The notes under the pieces are model-generated. The model was not told where the DNA came from. It saw only the letters and a list, made by a program, of their open reading frames with translations, and did not search any database. A stretch of 64,000 bases of DNA, from positions 1,864 through 65,863 of the forward strand of contig JAZQDW010000067.1 in assembly GCA_045546995.1 (NCBI GenBank), in the 5' to 3' direction. The DNA comes from Eubacteriales bacterium (GTDB lineage: Bacteria > Bacillota > Clostridia > Oscillospirales > QAKW01). Position numbers and translations under genes: made by a program. This document shows, one piece after another, positions 1 to 10,249 of this stretch (within the stretch, counting starts at the first letter, position 1; each line of letters opens with the position of its first letter).

Positions 1-772
1 TAGGGTTGACACCTTTTTCCGCCGCCATTTTACGAATGAAATCCAGTCGCTCGCCGCCGATATATTCTGCCGGCAGGCGCTCGGGATACTCATAGCCACC
101 CTTACACAGACAAGCGTAAGAAACCAGCGGCATATTTTTATCGCACAGATAACGCAAGCGTTCTCTGTTGCAGATCTCATTAAAGGCATAGGTGGGCGCC
201 ACGGGATAGTTGGGGTGCAGATAGGTCAGACGCTGTTGCATCACGGTGAATTCCGTTTGTCCGTGGTCGGCGGCAATGGTATTGGCCTGCGCCAGCCGCC
301 AGGTATCGTAATTGCTGGCGCCGAGCGTGCGCACCTTCCCCTTTTCTACCAAACGGTGGAAGGCCTCCATCGTTTCGTCTTGCGGGGTATTCATATCATC
401 AGTATGGGCGTAGTACAGATCTATATAGTCGGTCTGCAGCTTCCGCAGGCTTTCATCCACCCAGTACTCGATCTGCTCTTTTTTAAGTCCCTGCCCCTTT
501 CCGTGGCGATCAAAGCCGACCTTGGTGGCCAAAACCACCTGATCACGGCATTTACGGGAAGCAAAGTATTTACCCAGCACCGTTTCGCTTTCATCGCCGG
601 TGCCGGCCCAATGAGCGTAGTTATTGGAGGTATCAATAAAATTACCGCCTTGCTCAAGATACAGGTCCAGCACCTCAAAGGCCTCTGCCTCGGAGGTGGT
701 GGTACCGAAATTCATCGCACCCAATGCAATCTGGGAAACGTTAAGTCCGTTGGGAAGAATGATCTTTTTCAT
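1..772 (-). CDS. aldo/keto reductase family oxidoreductase (C-terminus runs off window start)
   Basis: Absent from ORF track because edge-truncated. Reverse translation from ATG 772-770 reads MKKIILPNGLNVSQIALGAMNFGTTTSEAEAFEVLDLYLEQGGNFIDTSNNYAHW...YIDLYYAH. ORF 215..781(+) is its antisense shadow. Confidence 0.85.
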   Translation of the reverse strand, partial: MKKIILPNGLNVSQIALGAMNFGTTTSEAEAFEVLDLYLEQGGNFIDTSNNYAHWAGTGDESETVLGKYFASRKCRDQVVLATKVGFDRHGKGQGLKKEQIEYWVDESLRKLQTDYIDLYYAHTDDMNTPQDETMEAFHRLVEKGKVRTLGASNYDTWRLAQANTIAADHGQTEFTVMQQRLTYLHPNYPVAPTYAFNEICNRERLRYLCDKNMPLVSYACLCKGGYEYPERLPAEYIGGERLDFIRKMAAEKGVNP

Positions 773-790
773 ATTATTTAAGCCCTTTCT

Positions 791-3001
791 TTATTTAAAA
801 CGATCGATCACGTCGTCCTGCAATCGCTTGCAAAGATCGACAAACACGCCACTGTAGCCCGTGACCCGCACCCGCAGATCACGATGCTCGTAAGGTGATT
901 CTTGCGCGGACAGCAATTCGTCCAGTCCTGCGGCGGAAACCTGCGCGTGCAGGCCGCCACGGTTAAAGTACGTGCCCAGCATTGCCGCAAATACAGCCTT
1001 TCCCTGCTCGCCTTTATAATCAGCAGGATCCACGTCCAGATTCAGCGCCCCGGAAAGCAAAGCATCATGGGGCAAGGAGGCTACCGCCTCCAGCATTGCA
1101 ACCACACCGTTTTCACAGGCGCCGCACGATGGGCGGAGATTTTGAGAAAACGAGGTATGGGCACGCCGTCCGTCCGGTGTGGCGCCATATAATTGACCGG
1201 TCTTGAGATGCCAGGTATCACTCTGCAGGGTGGGAGAAAGAAACAGCCCCATTTCTTTTAAATACGGGCGACTTTTCTCCATCAAGAGATCGGAGTAGCT
1301 CCGCGCCAAACGATAGGCCCAATGATTAGATAAGACTGAACCGGAACCGTATTTTTCAACACTTCGGCACAAGGCAAGGATCTCAGGATATCCTTCAAAA
1401 TCGGCTTCTACCGCTTGTAAAAGTTCAGCAAGGGTCAGCCGCTTTTGACGAAATACAAGCTCGTCCACCGTGGTAAAGCAGTCTACCACCGTACCAAACA
1501 TATGGAAGGATTGCAAGCCCAAATAATATTTGGCCGAAGCCGTAAAGCTTTCGGCATTTTGCAAGGCATGTTCCGTAAAGCAATCCGTATAATTCAGCAA
1601 TGCCGACGGGCGTCGTTTACAAACACGTATATCGGTGGAAAAGCGGAGCAGTTTTGCATCCGCAAACTCCGCCATACAGGAAAGAAAACCATCAAAGACA
1701 TCATCTATCGTGGCGTTGGCGCCCAATTCCTGTAACACGTTCATAAAATCGTTGGGCCAGCTGTACTCGGCGTGCATACGGCGCAGTGGCTGGGAAAGCA
1801 ACGCGGTTTCCTCCGGCGTGGCCGTACCGAACTGCAGGGCTCTGGGACTGCTCTGCATCCAGGCGCAGTGATCCCCCAAGGTCGGCCAGTTACAGCCAAA
1901 ATGCTCGTAGCGCACCGCATCCTCCCACGGGATGCCCATACGCTGATAGGCTGCAAGAATGGTAGTATCGTTATAATACATCATCGCCGCGCTTTGCAAC
2001 GATTTTTCCGTCAGTACAGACCACAGTTCCGGATACAGCGTATCCATATCCTTAAAATATCGAACCACGATCACGGGATTTTTAAATTCGGGGCGGATGC
2101 AACGGGCAAATATTTCGGTCAGCTCGTTGACCGCCGGTCTGCCCTCGTTGTCCGTACCGGCAAGCAGTAAATACTGCGGCGCATCAAAATTTAAGATTCG
2201 AGAGAAGGTGGTGGAGTTGGTCTCATCCCCCAACTGATGCTCGCCTCTGCCCATGATCAGATTGTGCTTGCAATAATAATCGGTAATGAGCGCTGCCGCT
2301 TGTTCCCGGGTCAGGCGACCCTCGGCAATATCACGGCAATACAGCGGATACAAAATCTGATCCAGCCGTCCCACCGTCAACGTAGGATTTTCGGTAATAT
2401 AGGCGCAATCGATCAACGTGATGATCCACAATAGCTGCAAAGCCGCATAAAAGCTTTGCGGGGTGGCCGTTGCCGCCTCCTCCAAGGCCTGCGCCAGTGA
2501 GAGATTTCCCAGTGCTTTTGCCTGCTCGGCATAGCGAAGCATATACGAAGATATGGCATCATAGATCTCTACAATGCTCTCCAAAAAGATCCGTTTATCC
2601 TCATCCTGCTCACTGTCCAGACGTTCCAGCGCCAACTGACGCATTCCCCCAAGACCGTGCTGTACAACAAAATCCCAGGAATAGGTGCAATGACCTGACG
2701 GATACAGCACGCAACGGGAGGGATAATCCGGATGATGAATAAAGGCTTGAAATGCCGCCTCCTCCGTTTCGGTCAGTTCACGGTTGATGCAACGCCCCGC
2801 GATCAAGTCGTGAGGTTCCAACGGCACCGATACCCGTTGCAACAGGATCGATAAAAATTTTGCCGCCCGCTTGGGCTGCGGCAGGTTGGCATATTCACTT
2901 TTAATCTCGTTAAAAATCAAAAAACGTTCAGCCGTGGTGGCAAACAACGGCTGTTCGGTCAGCGCGATGATCGCCTCGTTGATATTACGGGTCAAATCCA
3001 T
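791..3001 (-). CDS. glycyl radical enzyme (pyruvate formate-lyase-like family)
   Basis: C-terminal glycyl radical motif RVRVTGYSGVF (Gly codon 857-859). Candidate Cys loop HFGCNWP about 345 aa upstream (Cys codon 1892-1894). Track start is GTG 3010; ATG 3001 has AAGGTG 6 nt upstream. Confidence 0.85.
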   Translation of the reverse strand: MDLTRNINEAIIALTEQPLFATTAERFLIFNEIKSEYANLPQPKRAAKFLSILLQRVSVPLEPHDLIAGRCINRELTETEEAAFQAFIHHPDYPSRCVLYPSGHCTYSWDFVVQHGLGGMRQLALERLDSEQDEDKRIFLESIVEIYDAISSYMLRYAEQAKALGNLSLAQALEEAATATPQSFYAALQLLWIITLIDCAYITENPTLTVGRLDQILYPLYCRDIAEGRLTREQAAALITDYYCKHNLIMGRGEHQLGDETNSTTFSRILNFDAPQYLLLAGTDNEGRPAVNELTEIFARCIRPEFKNPVIVVRYFKDMDTLYPELWSVLTEKSLQSAAMMYYNDTTILAAYQRMGIPWEDAVRYEHFGCNWPTLGDHCAWMQSSPRALQFGTATPEETALLSQPLRRMHAEYSWPNDFMNVLQELGANATIDDVFDGFLSCMAEFADAKLLRFSTDIRVCKRRPSALLNYTDCFTEHALQNAESFTASAKYYLGLQSFHMFGTVVDCFTTVDELVFRQKRLTLAELLQAVEADFEGYPEILALCRSVEKYGSGSVLSNHWAYRLARSYSDLLMEKSRPYLKEMGLFLSPTLQSDTWHLKTGQLYGATPDGRRAHTSFSQNLRPSCGACENGVVAMLEAVASLPHDALLSGALNLDVDPADYKGEQGKAVFAAMLGTYFNRGGLHAQVSAAGLDELLSAQESPYEHRDLRVRVTGYSGVFVDLCKRLQDDVIDRFK

Positions 3002-3011
3002 AGTATTCACC

Positions 3012-3947
3012 TTATAATACGTTGATCAGTATGATGCCGCCAAATGCTACGATCATACCCAATATACTTCTCTTTGTGATCTTTTCACCAAAAAACACCA
3101 TACCGGTCGCGCTGTTGATGATCAGGGCGCCGCCCTTCACGATCGGATAGAGTATCTGAGAGGGCATCCCCATCACACCCGTCGCCAAGGTTTGCAAAAA
3201 GTTGGTAGCAAACAAAAAGCTGGCCATAATACCGATGTGGATCCAGGTCGGACGCAAAGAAGCGCCAATGTTTTTACAGTACTCACGTCTATACGGCGCC
3301 GGTCGTTTCAACAAAAGCACCACCAGTATCATCAATACCGCAAGGAAACAACAAACGAAGGAATAAAAATGAAATACCGACATCGGATATACCGTTTCCC
3401 CTGCGAAGGCGCCACCCTCTTGGTAAAACTTGGTATAAAGTTGCTGTGAAAAGGAGATCATTCCGTCACCAAGCAACGCCATAATCAACCAAAGGATGCC
3501 GCCAAAGGTCTTTTTGGGTCCGGTTTTATTAAACTTTGAAAGAATGGCGGATGCGATTACGATCAGCGCAAAGCCTGCCATCTTGGGAAGTTTGATCGGC
3601 TCGGCAAAAAAGAATGCGCACAACACCGCCGGAATGATCGATCCCAATGTGAGCGTCACGTCCACCGTGACCAAAGCGTTATGTTGCACGGCAAGCATCC
3701 AGCCAATCAAAAATGCCAAATTTGCCAGACCCGATAGCAGACAAACGGCAAGCATACCGCCGCTCACGGGTATAGCGCCACCGTCAAACAGCATCAGCAC
3801 AAAGCCAATGGCCATACATATAGCCATACGGATGGTGCTGAATAGATATGCATCCTCCGTATGCGTTGCCTGAATGCTGACTTTTTTTCCACTGTATCCC
3901 TTTGCGGCGTTGAAAAACAGAGCCAGCAGAACCACCAGGTATACCAC
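3012..3947 (-). CDS. DMT/EamA-like polytopic membrane transporter
   Basis: About 10 hydrophobic segments. The track ORF (to 4346) has an implausible non-membrane N-extension. GTG 3947 is preceded by GGAGGA at 7 nt. Stop lies 1 nt from the GRE ORF, consistent with an operon. Confidence 0.65.
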   Translation of the reverse strand: MVYLVVLLALFFNAAKGYSGKKVSIQATHTEDAYLFSTIRMAICMAIGFVLMLFDGGAIPVSGGMLAVCLLSGLANLAFLIGWMLAVQHNALVTVDVTLTLGSIIPAVLCAFFFAEPIKLPKMAGFALIVIASAILSKFNKTGPKKTFGGILWLIMALLGDGMISFSQQLYTKFYQEGGAFAGETVYPMSVFHFYSFVCCFLAVLMILVVLLLKRPAPYRREYCKNIGASLRPTWIHIGIMASFLFATNFLQTLATGVMGMPSQILYPIVKGGALIINSATGMVFFGEKITKRSILGMIVAFGGIILINVL

Positions 3948-4076
3948 GACAATTTCCTCCAAAATGTGATATTCTGTCCTAATTGTAAATAAAACGCGGA
4001 AGCAGTTCCATATATTTTTGTATAAAATATGGATTTTTCTATACAAATATAGTATAATGAAAGAGAGGTGAGCAGG

Positions 4077-4898
4077 ATGCGTTACGTAGATATCAAAAAA
4101 CTCTGTCAAGAAGATCTGAACGTGCAAGGAGTGGAGATATTTCCCGAAATGTGGGCCCGACACAGGCAGTTTAACCAATATCAGACACGCCCCCGTCCCA
4201 CGTCGGCCCTGTTTTTGATCTGTACGGAGATTACGGTAACCTTTTTTCCCCGGGGCGAAGCGCCGATTACGGGAAAAATAGGAGACGTGATCTATATTCC
4301 CAAGGGCATCTGTTATCACGTCCACACATCCGATACACAAGATCAAGTGGCTACCTATACCGTCAATTTCGTTTTAAGCGCTGAAAAAGAGATCCTGCTT
4401 CAATCCAAAATCACCAAGCTCGCCACCTGTACCGACGGGCGTTTGGCGGCAAGCGCAGAACGATTACATCGGGCGATCTACGGACAGCCGGGACCCCAAA
4501 ACCTTGTAAAAATAAAATCTGCATTTTTCTCGCTGCTGGAGCTAATCTGCGAAGTGGCAAACGCCGATCGAGACAGCTATTATCCCATCCGTGCGGGCGT
4601 CAAAGCCCTGCAGACGGAATGGAACCAAAACCGAAAAGTGGAAGAATATGCTATTCTGTGCGGTATCTCTCCTGCTTATTTTTATCGTTGTTTTAAAAAT
4701 TGGTGCGGTCAAAGTCCGGTGGAATACCGAAACAGCCTGCGAATGCGCTATGCCGCCGACCTGTTGTCACACACCGATATGCAGATCGGTGAAATCGCCG
4801 CAATGGTGGGATTTGAAGACCCGTTTTATTTCAGTCGGATTTTCACGGCACAATTCGGTCGTTCTCCCAGACAGTACCGCCGCAATCGGGAACGGTAG
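4077..4898 (+). CDS. AraC family transcriptional regulator (cupin-like N-domain plus C-terminal HTH)
   Basis: C-terminal AraC HTH signature (...YFYRCFKNWCGQSPVEYRNSLRMRYAADLL...GFEDPFYFSRIFTAQFGRSPRQYR). Divergent from the transporter-GRE operon. Confidence 0.85.
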   Translation: MRYVDIKKLCQEDLNVQGVEIFPEMWARHRQFNQYQTRPRPTSALFLICTEITVTFFPRGEAPITGKIGDVIYIPKGICYHVHTSDTQDQVATYTVNFVLSAEKEILLQSKITKLATCTDGRLAASAERLHRAIYGQPGPQNLVKIKSAFFSLLELICEVANADRDSYYPIRAGVKALQTEWNQNRKVEEYAILCGISPAYFYRCFKNWCGQSPVEYRNSLRMRYAADLLSHTDMQIGEIAAMVGFEDPFYFSRIFTAQFGRSPRQYRRNRER

Positions 4899-4902
4899 CT
4901 CG

Positions 4903-5670
4903 CTATATCTTCTTTTGCTGCTTCAGCCAAATATAAGTCACCAAGGGCTCGGGCAGCAATTTCACACCCAATACCTGCAGACGAATACGAACATCGTGAA
5001 TAGACAGTTTTTTACGCTTACGCAGATCCTTGAGGGCAGTCTTAACAATCTGATCCGGAGTAAAAACAATATTATAGTAGGTTACCGCATCCACCTCTTT
5101 GGTTTTTGCGCGGTCAAAAAAGGGTGTTTGTACCCAGCCGGGACAAATGGCCATAACATGAATCCCACGGGGCTTCAGCTCGGCATACAAGCCTCTGCTG
5201 TAGCTGAGTACAAAGGCCTTCGTCGCGGCGTAGGTGTTCAGATACGGCACGCTTTGAAAAGCGGAGAGCGAATCGAGATTTAAAATGGTACTCCCCTTTC
5301 TCATATGCGGTAAACAAAGGCGGGTCATTCGCACCAGAGCGCGAACGTTTAGATCAATCATTCCCAGATCGTCCTCCAGCGGCACACTTTCTACGCCACC
5401 GAATTTTCCGTAGCCACTGCAATTAAGCAGCAATGAAACGTCGGGCCGGACGTCCTTTAAAAGTGTTTCCAAACGCGCAAAACCGGCCTCCTCCGTAAGA
5501 TCCATCGGCAACGGACGTACCTTTGCGCGGGTCAATGCATCCAGTGTCTCCAATTTGTCCGCACTGCGGGCGATGGCCCATATTTCGTCATATTCGTATT
5601 CCCGATCCAGCGCCAGTAAAAATTCACGTCCCATTCCGGTGCTGGCACCGGTGATCACAGCGATTTTCAT
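4903..5670 (-). CDS. SDR family short-chain dehydrogenase/reductase
   Basis: N-terminal TGASTGMG Rossmann motif and a YxxxK-type region (YAATKAFV). Confidence 0.85.
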   Translation of the reverse strand: MKIAVITGASTGMGREFLLALDREYEYDEIWAIARSADKLETLDALTRAKVRPLPMDLTEEAGFARLETLLKDVRPDVSLLLNCSGYGKFGGVESVPLEDDLGMIDLNVRALVRMTRLCLPHMRKGSTILNLDSLSAFQSVPYLNTYAATKAFVLSYSRGLYAELKPRGIHVMAICPGWVQTPFFDRAKTKEVDAVTYYNIVFTPDQIVKTALKDLRKRKKLSIHDVRIRLQVLGVKLLPEPLVTYIWLKQQKKI

Positions 5671-5728
5671 TTGAGTAATTCCCCCTGAAAAAAGGCAGTC
5701 TTTTATAACAAAAGACTGCCTTTCTTAT

Positions 5729-6682
5729 TTATTTGAGCATACCGAGATAGGCAGCGCCGATGATGCCGGCGTCATTGCCCAGAGTTGCCGTACGCAATTG
5801 GGTACGCTTTGCAAAGTTGCGGGCAAAATCGTTTTTATCCAAAAATGCCTCGATAGGATCGGTCAGCACCTTACCCTGACCGCAAATACCACCGCCGATG
5901 GACAGGATATCCGGCTGGAAGATATTGATCAGGTCGGTAATACCTTCGGCAATATAGGTGATATACCGATTGACCACCGCCTTGGCAGTGGAATCACCGT
6001 CGTGCATGGCGTCGAATACCATTTTGCCGTCTACGTTGTCAATGTTACCGTTGCACATCAGCCACAGCTTACTGCCCTCGTCACTCTTCATGGCCTTTTT
6101 GGCCTGACGAATCAGCGCGGAAGCGGAAGCATAAGCCTCCCAACAGCCGTGTCTGCCACAGGAACACTTCTCGCCGCCCTCACGAATGGCGATATGGCCC
6201 AGTTCGGCGCCGGCATAGTTACAGCCGACCAGCATTCTGTTATCCATAATCACGCCGCCACCGACACCGGTACCCAGTGTGATCATTACAAAGCTTTCCG
6301 CATCCTTACCGGAACCGGCCAGATACTCACCGTATGCAGCCGCATTGGCATCGTTGCCCACAAAACAATCGATACCCAACTGCTCTTTGATCATTGCAGC
6401 CACCGGAACATCGAAAAAGTCCAGATTAAAGGCCTGCACAACAATACCCTCTTTGGAATTGATGGCACCGGGAGAACCAACGCCCACACCGTCAACCTGA
6501 TCGGCGGTGATGCCTGCGTCTTCCATCGCCATTTTGGCGGCCTTAACCATATCAGCCACGATCTCCTCCGCAGGGCGGGGACAATTGGTCTTAACCTGAC
6601 CGCGGCCGATGATATTATAGTTTTCATCTACGACACCAACGGCAATGTTGGTACCGCCAAGATCAATACCTATTTTATACAT
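5729..6682 (-). CDS. glcK: ROK family glucokinase
   Basis: MYKIGIDLGGTNIAVGVV N-terminus and ROK zinc motif CSCGRHGCWEAYAS. Confidence 0.85.
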   Translation of the reverse strand: MYKIGIDLGGTNIAVGVVDENYNIIGRGQVKTNCPRPAEEIVADMVKAAKMAMEDAGITADQVDGVGVGSPGAINSKEGIVVQAFNLDFFDVPVAAMIKEQLGIDCFVGNDANAAAYGEYLAGSGKDAESFVMITLGTGVGGGVIMDNRMLVGCNYAGAELGHIAIREGGEKCSCGRHGCWEAYASASALIRQAKKAMKSDEGSKLWLMCNGNIDNVDGKMVFDAMHDGDSTAKAVVNRYITYIAEGITDLINIFQPDILSIGGGICGQGKVLTDPIEAFLDKNDFARNFAKRTQLRTATLGNDAGIIGAAYLGMLK

Positions 6683-6691
6683 AGATTACTC

Positions 6692-7753
6692 CTAAATATT
6701 TTCTTTGATCAGGATGCCTTCTTTTGCAGAACGGAAGGCAGCCTCCATAACCTTTGTGGATCGGCGAACGTGATCGGGCTGTACGACAACCTTGCTGTAA
6801 TCGCCGCTCTCAATGGCATCCGCCAGACGGATATGCAGTTCATGATTGCTGGTATGCTCGTCAATATCAATATGAGATTCTTCGGTACTGTCAGCAGGAC
6901 GGGCGGCCATGGTACGGGTGGGGCCGGCAGCGGTATAAATTACGCTGGCCTTCCAATCCATGGTGGTATCCAGTTCTCTGACAATATCCACGCCACTGCC
7001 CCAATCGGCAATCTTCATGGAGCCGGCATCACAATGCACCAACCAACGGGGAGAGGTCAGGAAATGGAAAGTGCCGATCTCAATGGTAACGCAGGTGCCG
7101 TTTTCAAACTTCATAAAAAGTTTGAAGTTGTCGTCAACCTCGGCGTATTTGAGATTGAACATCTGACAATACAACTCGGTAATGGGACAAGGGAACAGTT
7201 GAAGGATCTGATCGATCAAATGCACACCCCAATCAAACATCATACCGCCGCCCGCTTCTTTAGCGCAACGCCAGTCACCGGGAATACCTCTGGCGCCGTT
7301 CACACGGCTCTCAATAAAGAAAGGCTTACCAATGGTGCCTTCTTCCAGCACACGCTTGATGAGCAGATAATCTCTGTCCCAACGGCGGTTTTGATGAACG
7401 GTAAAGATCTTACCCGTCTCCTTGGAAACCGCCAATACCTCCTCCAGATCCTCGGAGGACAGCATGCAGGGCTTTTCGCACAGAACGTGCTTACCCGCTT
7501 TCATAGAACGAATGGCATAGTCCTTATGGAAATTGTTGGGAGTAGAAATGAGAACCAGATCGATCTCGGGATCCTGCAACAGACTCTCTGCATCAGGATA
7601 TACGATCAAGCCCATTTCCTTGATATTTTCATTCTTTTCGGGGTTGATGTCATAGGCACCCTTAACGGTGATCTGCGGCACTTTTTTATTAATAAGCTTT
7701 GTGTGCCAATTACCCATACCGCCAAAGCCGAAAATACCCATTGTGATACTCAT
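6692..7753 (-). CDS. Gfo/Idh/MocA family oxidoreductase
   Basis: N-terminal Rossmann GIFGFGGMG and the EKP motif (HVLCEKP). Confidence 0.85.
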   Translation of the reverse strand: MSITMGIFGFGGMGNWHTKLINKKVPQITVKGAYDINPEKNENIKEMGLIVYPDAESLLQDPEIDLVLISTPNNFHKDYAIRSMKAGKHVLCEKPCMLSSEDLEEVLAVSKETGKIFTVHQNRRWDRDYLLIKRVLEEGTIGKPFFIESRVNGARGIPGDWRCAKEAGGGMMFDWGVHLIDQILQLFPCPITELYCQMFNLKYAEVDDNFKLFMKFENGTCVTIEIGTFHFLTSPRWLVHCDAGSMKIADWGSGVDIVRELDTTMDWKASVIYTAAGPTRTMAARPADSTEESHIDIDEHTSNHELHIRLADAIESGDYSKVVVQPDHVRRSTKVMEAAFRSAKEGILIKENI

Positions 7754-7789
7754 AATAAATTACCTCGCTATTTTTAACTACCTTTTATA

Positions 7790-8755
7790 TTATGCCCAGA
7801 AAACGTCGGTCTGGATGGGATCCTTCATAACAACTTCCTTGAGCACGTCTACAGCCTTCTCCAGACCTTCCTCGGTGCTCATCATAGCATCCTCGTGCTC
7901 GATAGAGATGGCGCCGTCATAACCGATCAGTCGCAGGGCACTCATCATATCCTTCCAATCCTTCATATCGTGACCATAGCCCAAAGAACGGAAGTACCAA
8001 CGGCGCTCGGCCAGATTAGCAAAATCGCCGGTATCCAGCACGCCGTTTTTCTTAATTTCTTCCTCATCCAGGTAAACGTCCTTGGCATGGAAGTGATAAA
8101 TAGCGCCCTTCAGCTCCTTAATGGCGTAAACGGGATCGATGCCCTGCCAATACAGATGAGAGGGGTCGAAGTTGGCACCGATGATGTCGCCGACTGCGGC
8201 ACGCAGCTTAAGCAGGGTCTGGGGATTGTAAACACAAAAGCCGGGATGCATCTCAAAGGCGATCTTCTTAATACCGTGCGCCTTGGCAAATTCGGCCATT
8301 TCTTTCCAGTAGGCAATAACGATTTCCCACTGATAGTCCAGAATCTTAACAAAGTCGTTGGGCCAACGGCAGGTTACCCAGTTGGGATACTTGCTTCCTT
8401 CGCTGTCACCGGGGCAACCGGAAAAGCCGATAACGGTATCAACACCCATCGCCTCTGCAAACAGAATGGCACCCTTGAAATCCTCATGATACTCACTTGC
8501 AATTTTGGCATCGGGATGCACGGGGTTGCCGTGGCAGGAAACGGCGCTGATGGACAGGTTGTACTTGGCCAAAGTGTCCTTCATTGCCTGAATCTTCTCG
8601 GGCTGATCCATAATGGTCAAAGGATCGGTATGATGCTTACCGGTGGTGCCACCACAGGCAAGCTCAACCGCATCAACGCCCAGAGAATTGAGATACTTAC
8701 ACATCTCCTCAAAACTACGGTCACGGAATAATGCTGTAAAAACGCCGATCTTCAT
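7790..8755 (-). CDS. sugar phosphate isomerase/epimerase (xylose isomerase-like TIM barrel)
   Basis: MKIGVFTALF...VDAVELACGG pattern. ATG 8755 follows GGAGGA. The track start at 8782 adds 9 codons. Confidence 0.8.
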   Translation of the reverse strand: MKIGVFTALFRDRSFEEMCKYLNSLGVDAVELACGGTTGKHHTDPLTIMDQPEKIQAMKDTLAKYNLSISAVSCHGNPVHPDAKIASEYHEDFKGAILFAEAMGVDTVIGFSGCPGDSEGSKYPNWVTCRWPNDFVKILDYQWEIVIAYWKEMAEFAKAHGIKKIAFEMHPGFCVYNPQTLLKLRAAVGDIIGANFDPSHLYWQGIDPVYAIKELKGAIYHFHAKDVYLDEEEIKKNGVLDTGDFANLAERRWYFRSLGYGHDMKDWKDMMSALRLIGYDGAISIEHEDAMMSTEEGLEKAVDVLKEVVMKDPIQTDVFWA

Positions 8756-8957
8756 ATTGGAAGTTCCTCCTAAATTTAACATATTATAATTTTATTATAT
8801 TAAACAACAACGCGGATTGCAAGACAAAAACCGAAAAAAAGCAGACCTTTTTTGGCTTTTCCCTTATAATCGTCACATTTATTTGGACAATAAATAAAAA
8901 TGTGACCAAAAATGTAAAACAGGCCGCATCAATCGACGCAGCCTGTTTTTTTAAAAA

Positions 8958-10154
8958 TCAGTTTCCTTTTACCAGACGCTCGGTATCCAAAGCGATGGCC
9001 AGTTCCTCGTTGGTAGGAATAACGAAAGCGGCAACACGGCTGGCATCGGTGGTGATCTTCACGGCCTTGCCACGGCAATTGTTGGCCTCACTGTCCACCT
9101 CAACGCCCAAAAATGCAACCTGATTGAGGATATCGGCGCGCATAATGGGGTTGTTTTCGCCGACGCCGGCGGTAAATACTACGGCATCCAGACCACCCAT
9201 AACGGCAGCGTAGGAACCGATATATTTTACGATCTGATAATTGAACATATCCAGTGCCAACTGAGCGCGGTCATTGCCCTCATCGGCGGCCTTATCCAAA
9301 TCGCGGAAGTCGCTGGAGACGCCGCTGACACCCAGAACGCCGCACTTTTTATTGAGGAAATCGCCGATCTCATCCACGGAGATGTTAAATTTCTTCATAA
9401 TGAACGGCAGGATGGCCGGGTCGATATCACCGCAACGGGTGCCCATCAGCAGACCGGCAAGAGGCGTAAAGCCCATGGAGGTATCCACGCACTTACCGCC
9501 GTCAACGGCAGTAATGGAAGAGCCGTTACCCAGATGGCAGGTGACGATCTTCAGCTCTTTGGGATCTTTGCCCATCATTTCGGCGCATTTGGCGGCAACG
9601 TATTTATGAGAGGTGCCGTGAGCGCCGAAGCGGCGGATCCCGTGATCGGTATAATATTCATAAGGCAGCGCGTAAACACTGGCGACCTTGGGCATAGTTT
9701 GATGGAAGGAGGTGTCGAAAACGCAGATCTGCGGAATGCCCTCACCCATAACCTCAATACAGGCGCGGATGCCGGTAACAGCAGGCGGATTGTGAAGCGG
9801 TGCAAACTCGGTCAGCGTTTCCAGCGTTTTGATCTTTTCCTCGTCCATAATGCAGCTTTCGGGGAAGATCTCACCGCCGTTAACTACGCGGTGACCAACA
9901 GCAGAAATGTCGGAAACGTTTTCAATAACACCGTATTCGGCGTCGGTAAGATACTTCAGCACCAATTCGATGGCAACCTTATGGTTGGGCAAAGCGATCT
10001 CCATTTTGATCTCTTTATCGCCGGCCACGTGTTTGAAAGCGCCGTCAACGTTGATACGCTCGCACTGACCCTTGGCCAGAACAGCGTGATCCTCCATATT
10101 GATCAGCTGGTACTTCAAAGAAGAACTGCCGGCATTGATAACCAGAATTTTCAT
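8958..10154 (-). CDS. ackA: acetate kinase
   Basis: MKILVINAGSSSLKYQL N-terminus, full length of about 398 aa. Confidence 0.95.
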   Translation of the reverse strand: MKILVINAGSSSLKYQLINMEDHAVLAKGQCERINVDGAFKHVAGDKEIKMEIALPNHKVAIELVLKYLTDAEYGVIENVSDISAVGHRVVNGGEIFPESCIMDEEKIKTLETLTEFAPLHNPPAVTGIRACIEVMGEGIPQICVFDTSFHQTMPKVASVYALPYEYYTDHGIRRFGAHGTSHKYVAAKCAEMMGKDPKELKIVTCHLGNGSSITAVDGGKCVDTSMGFTPLAGLLMGTRCGDIDPAILPFIMKKFNISVDEIGDFLNKKCGVLGVSGVSSDFRDLDKAADEGNDRAQLALDMFNYQIVKYIGSYAAVMGGLDAVVFTAGVGENNPIMRADILNQVAFLGVEVDSEANNCRGKAVKITTDASRVAAFVIPTNEELAIALDTERLVKGN

Positions 10155-10249
10155 TTTTATTATCCTCCGTAAAAAATTTTACTTTAAAAACATCAATATG
10201 TATTATATAATAGAAATATCAGAGTTTCAAGTATCACAGGAGAAAAAAA

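Noticed and set aside
3948-4346. N-terminal extensions of track ORFs. Examples are 3012..4346, 11377..12000, 46515..47018, 48721..49431, 57753..58763, 59102..60583, 20617..21321 and 30500..31810.
   Set aside because: The extensions lack family similarity, overlap promoters, terminators or neighbouring genes, and internal starts with good SD spacing give products of canonical length.
5798-7777. Very long ORFs on the opposite strand of well-supported genes. Examples are 5798..7777 (659 aa), 44112..45815 (567 aa), 12649..13752, 24405..25604, 55146..56189, 20389..21366, 18026..18790 and 215..781.
   Set aside because: Each lies antisense to a gene with clear family motifs (glcK/Gfo, ABC exporter, GH20, U32, tyrS, TRIC, tmk, AKR). 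Their products are low-complexity and Gly/His/Arg-rich, and they lack SD sequences. They are typical shadow ORFs.
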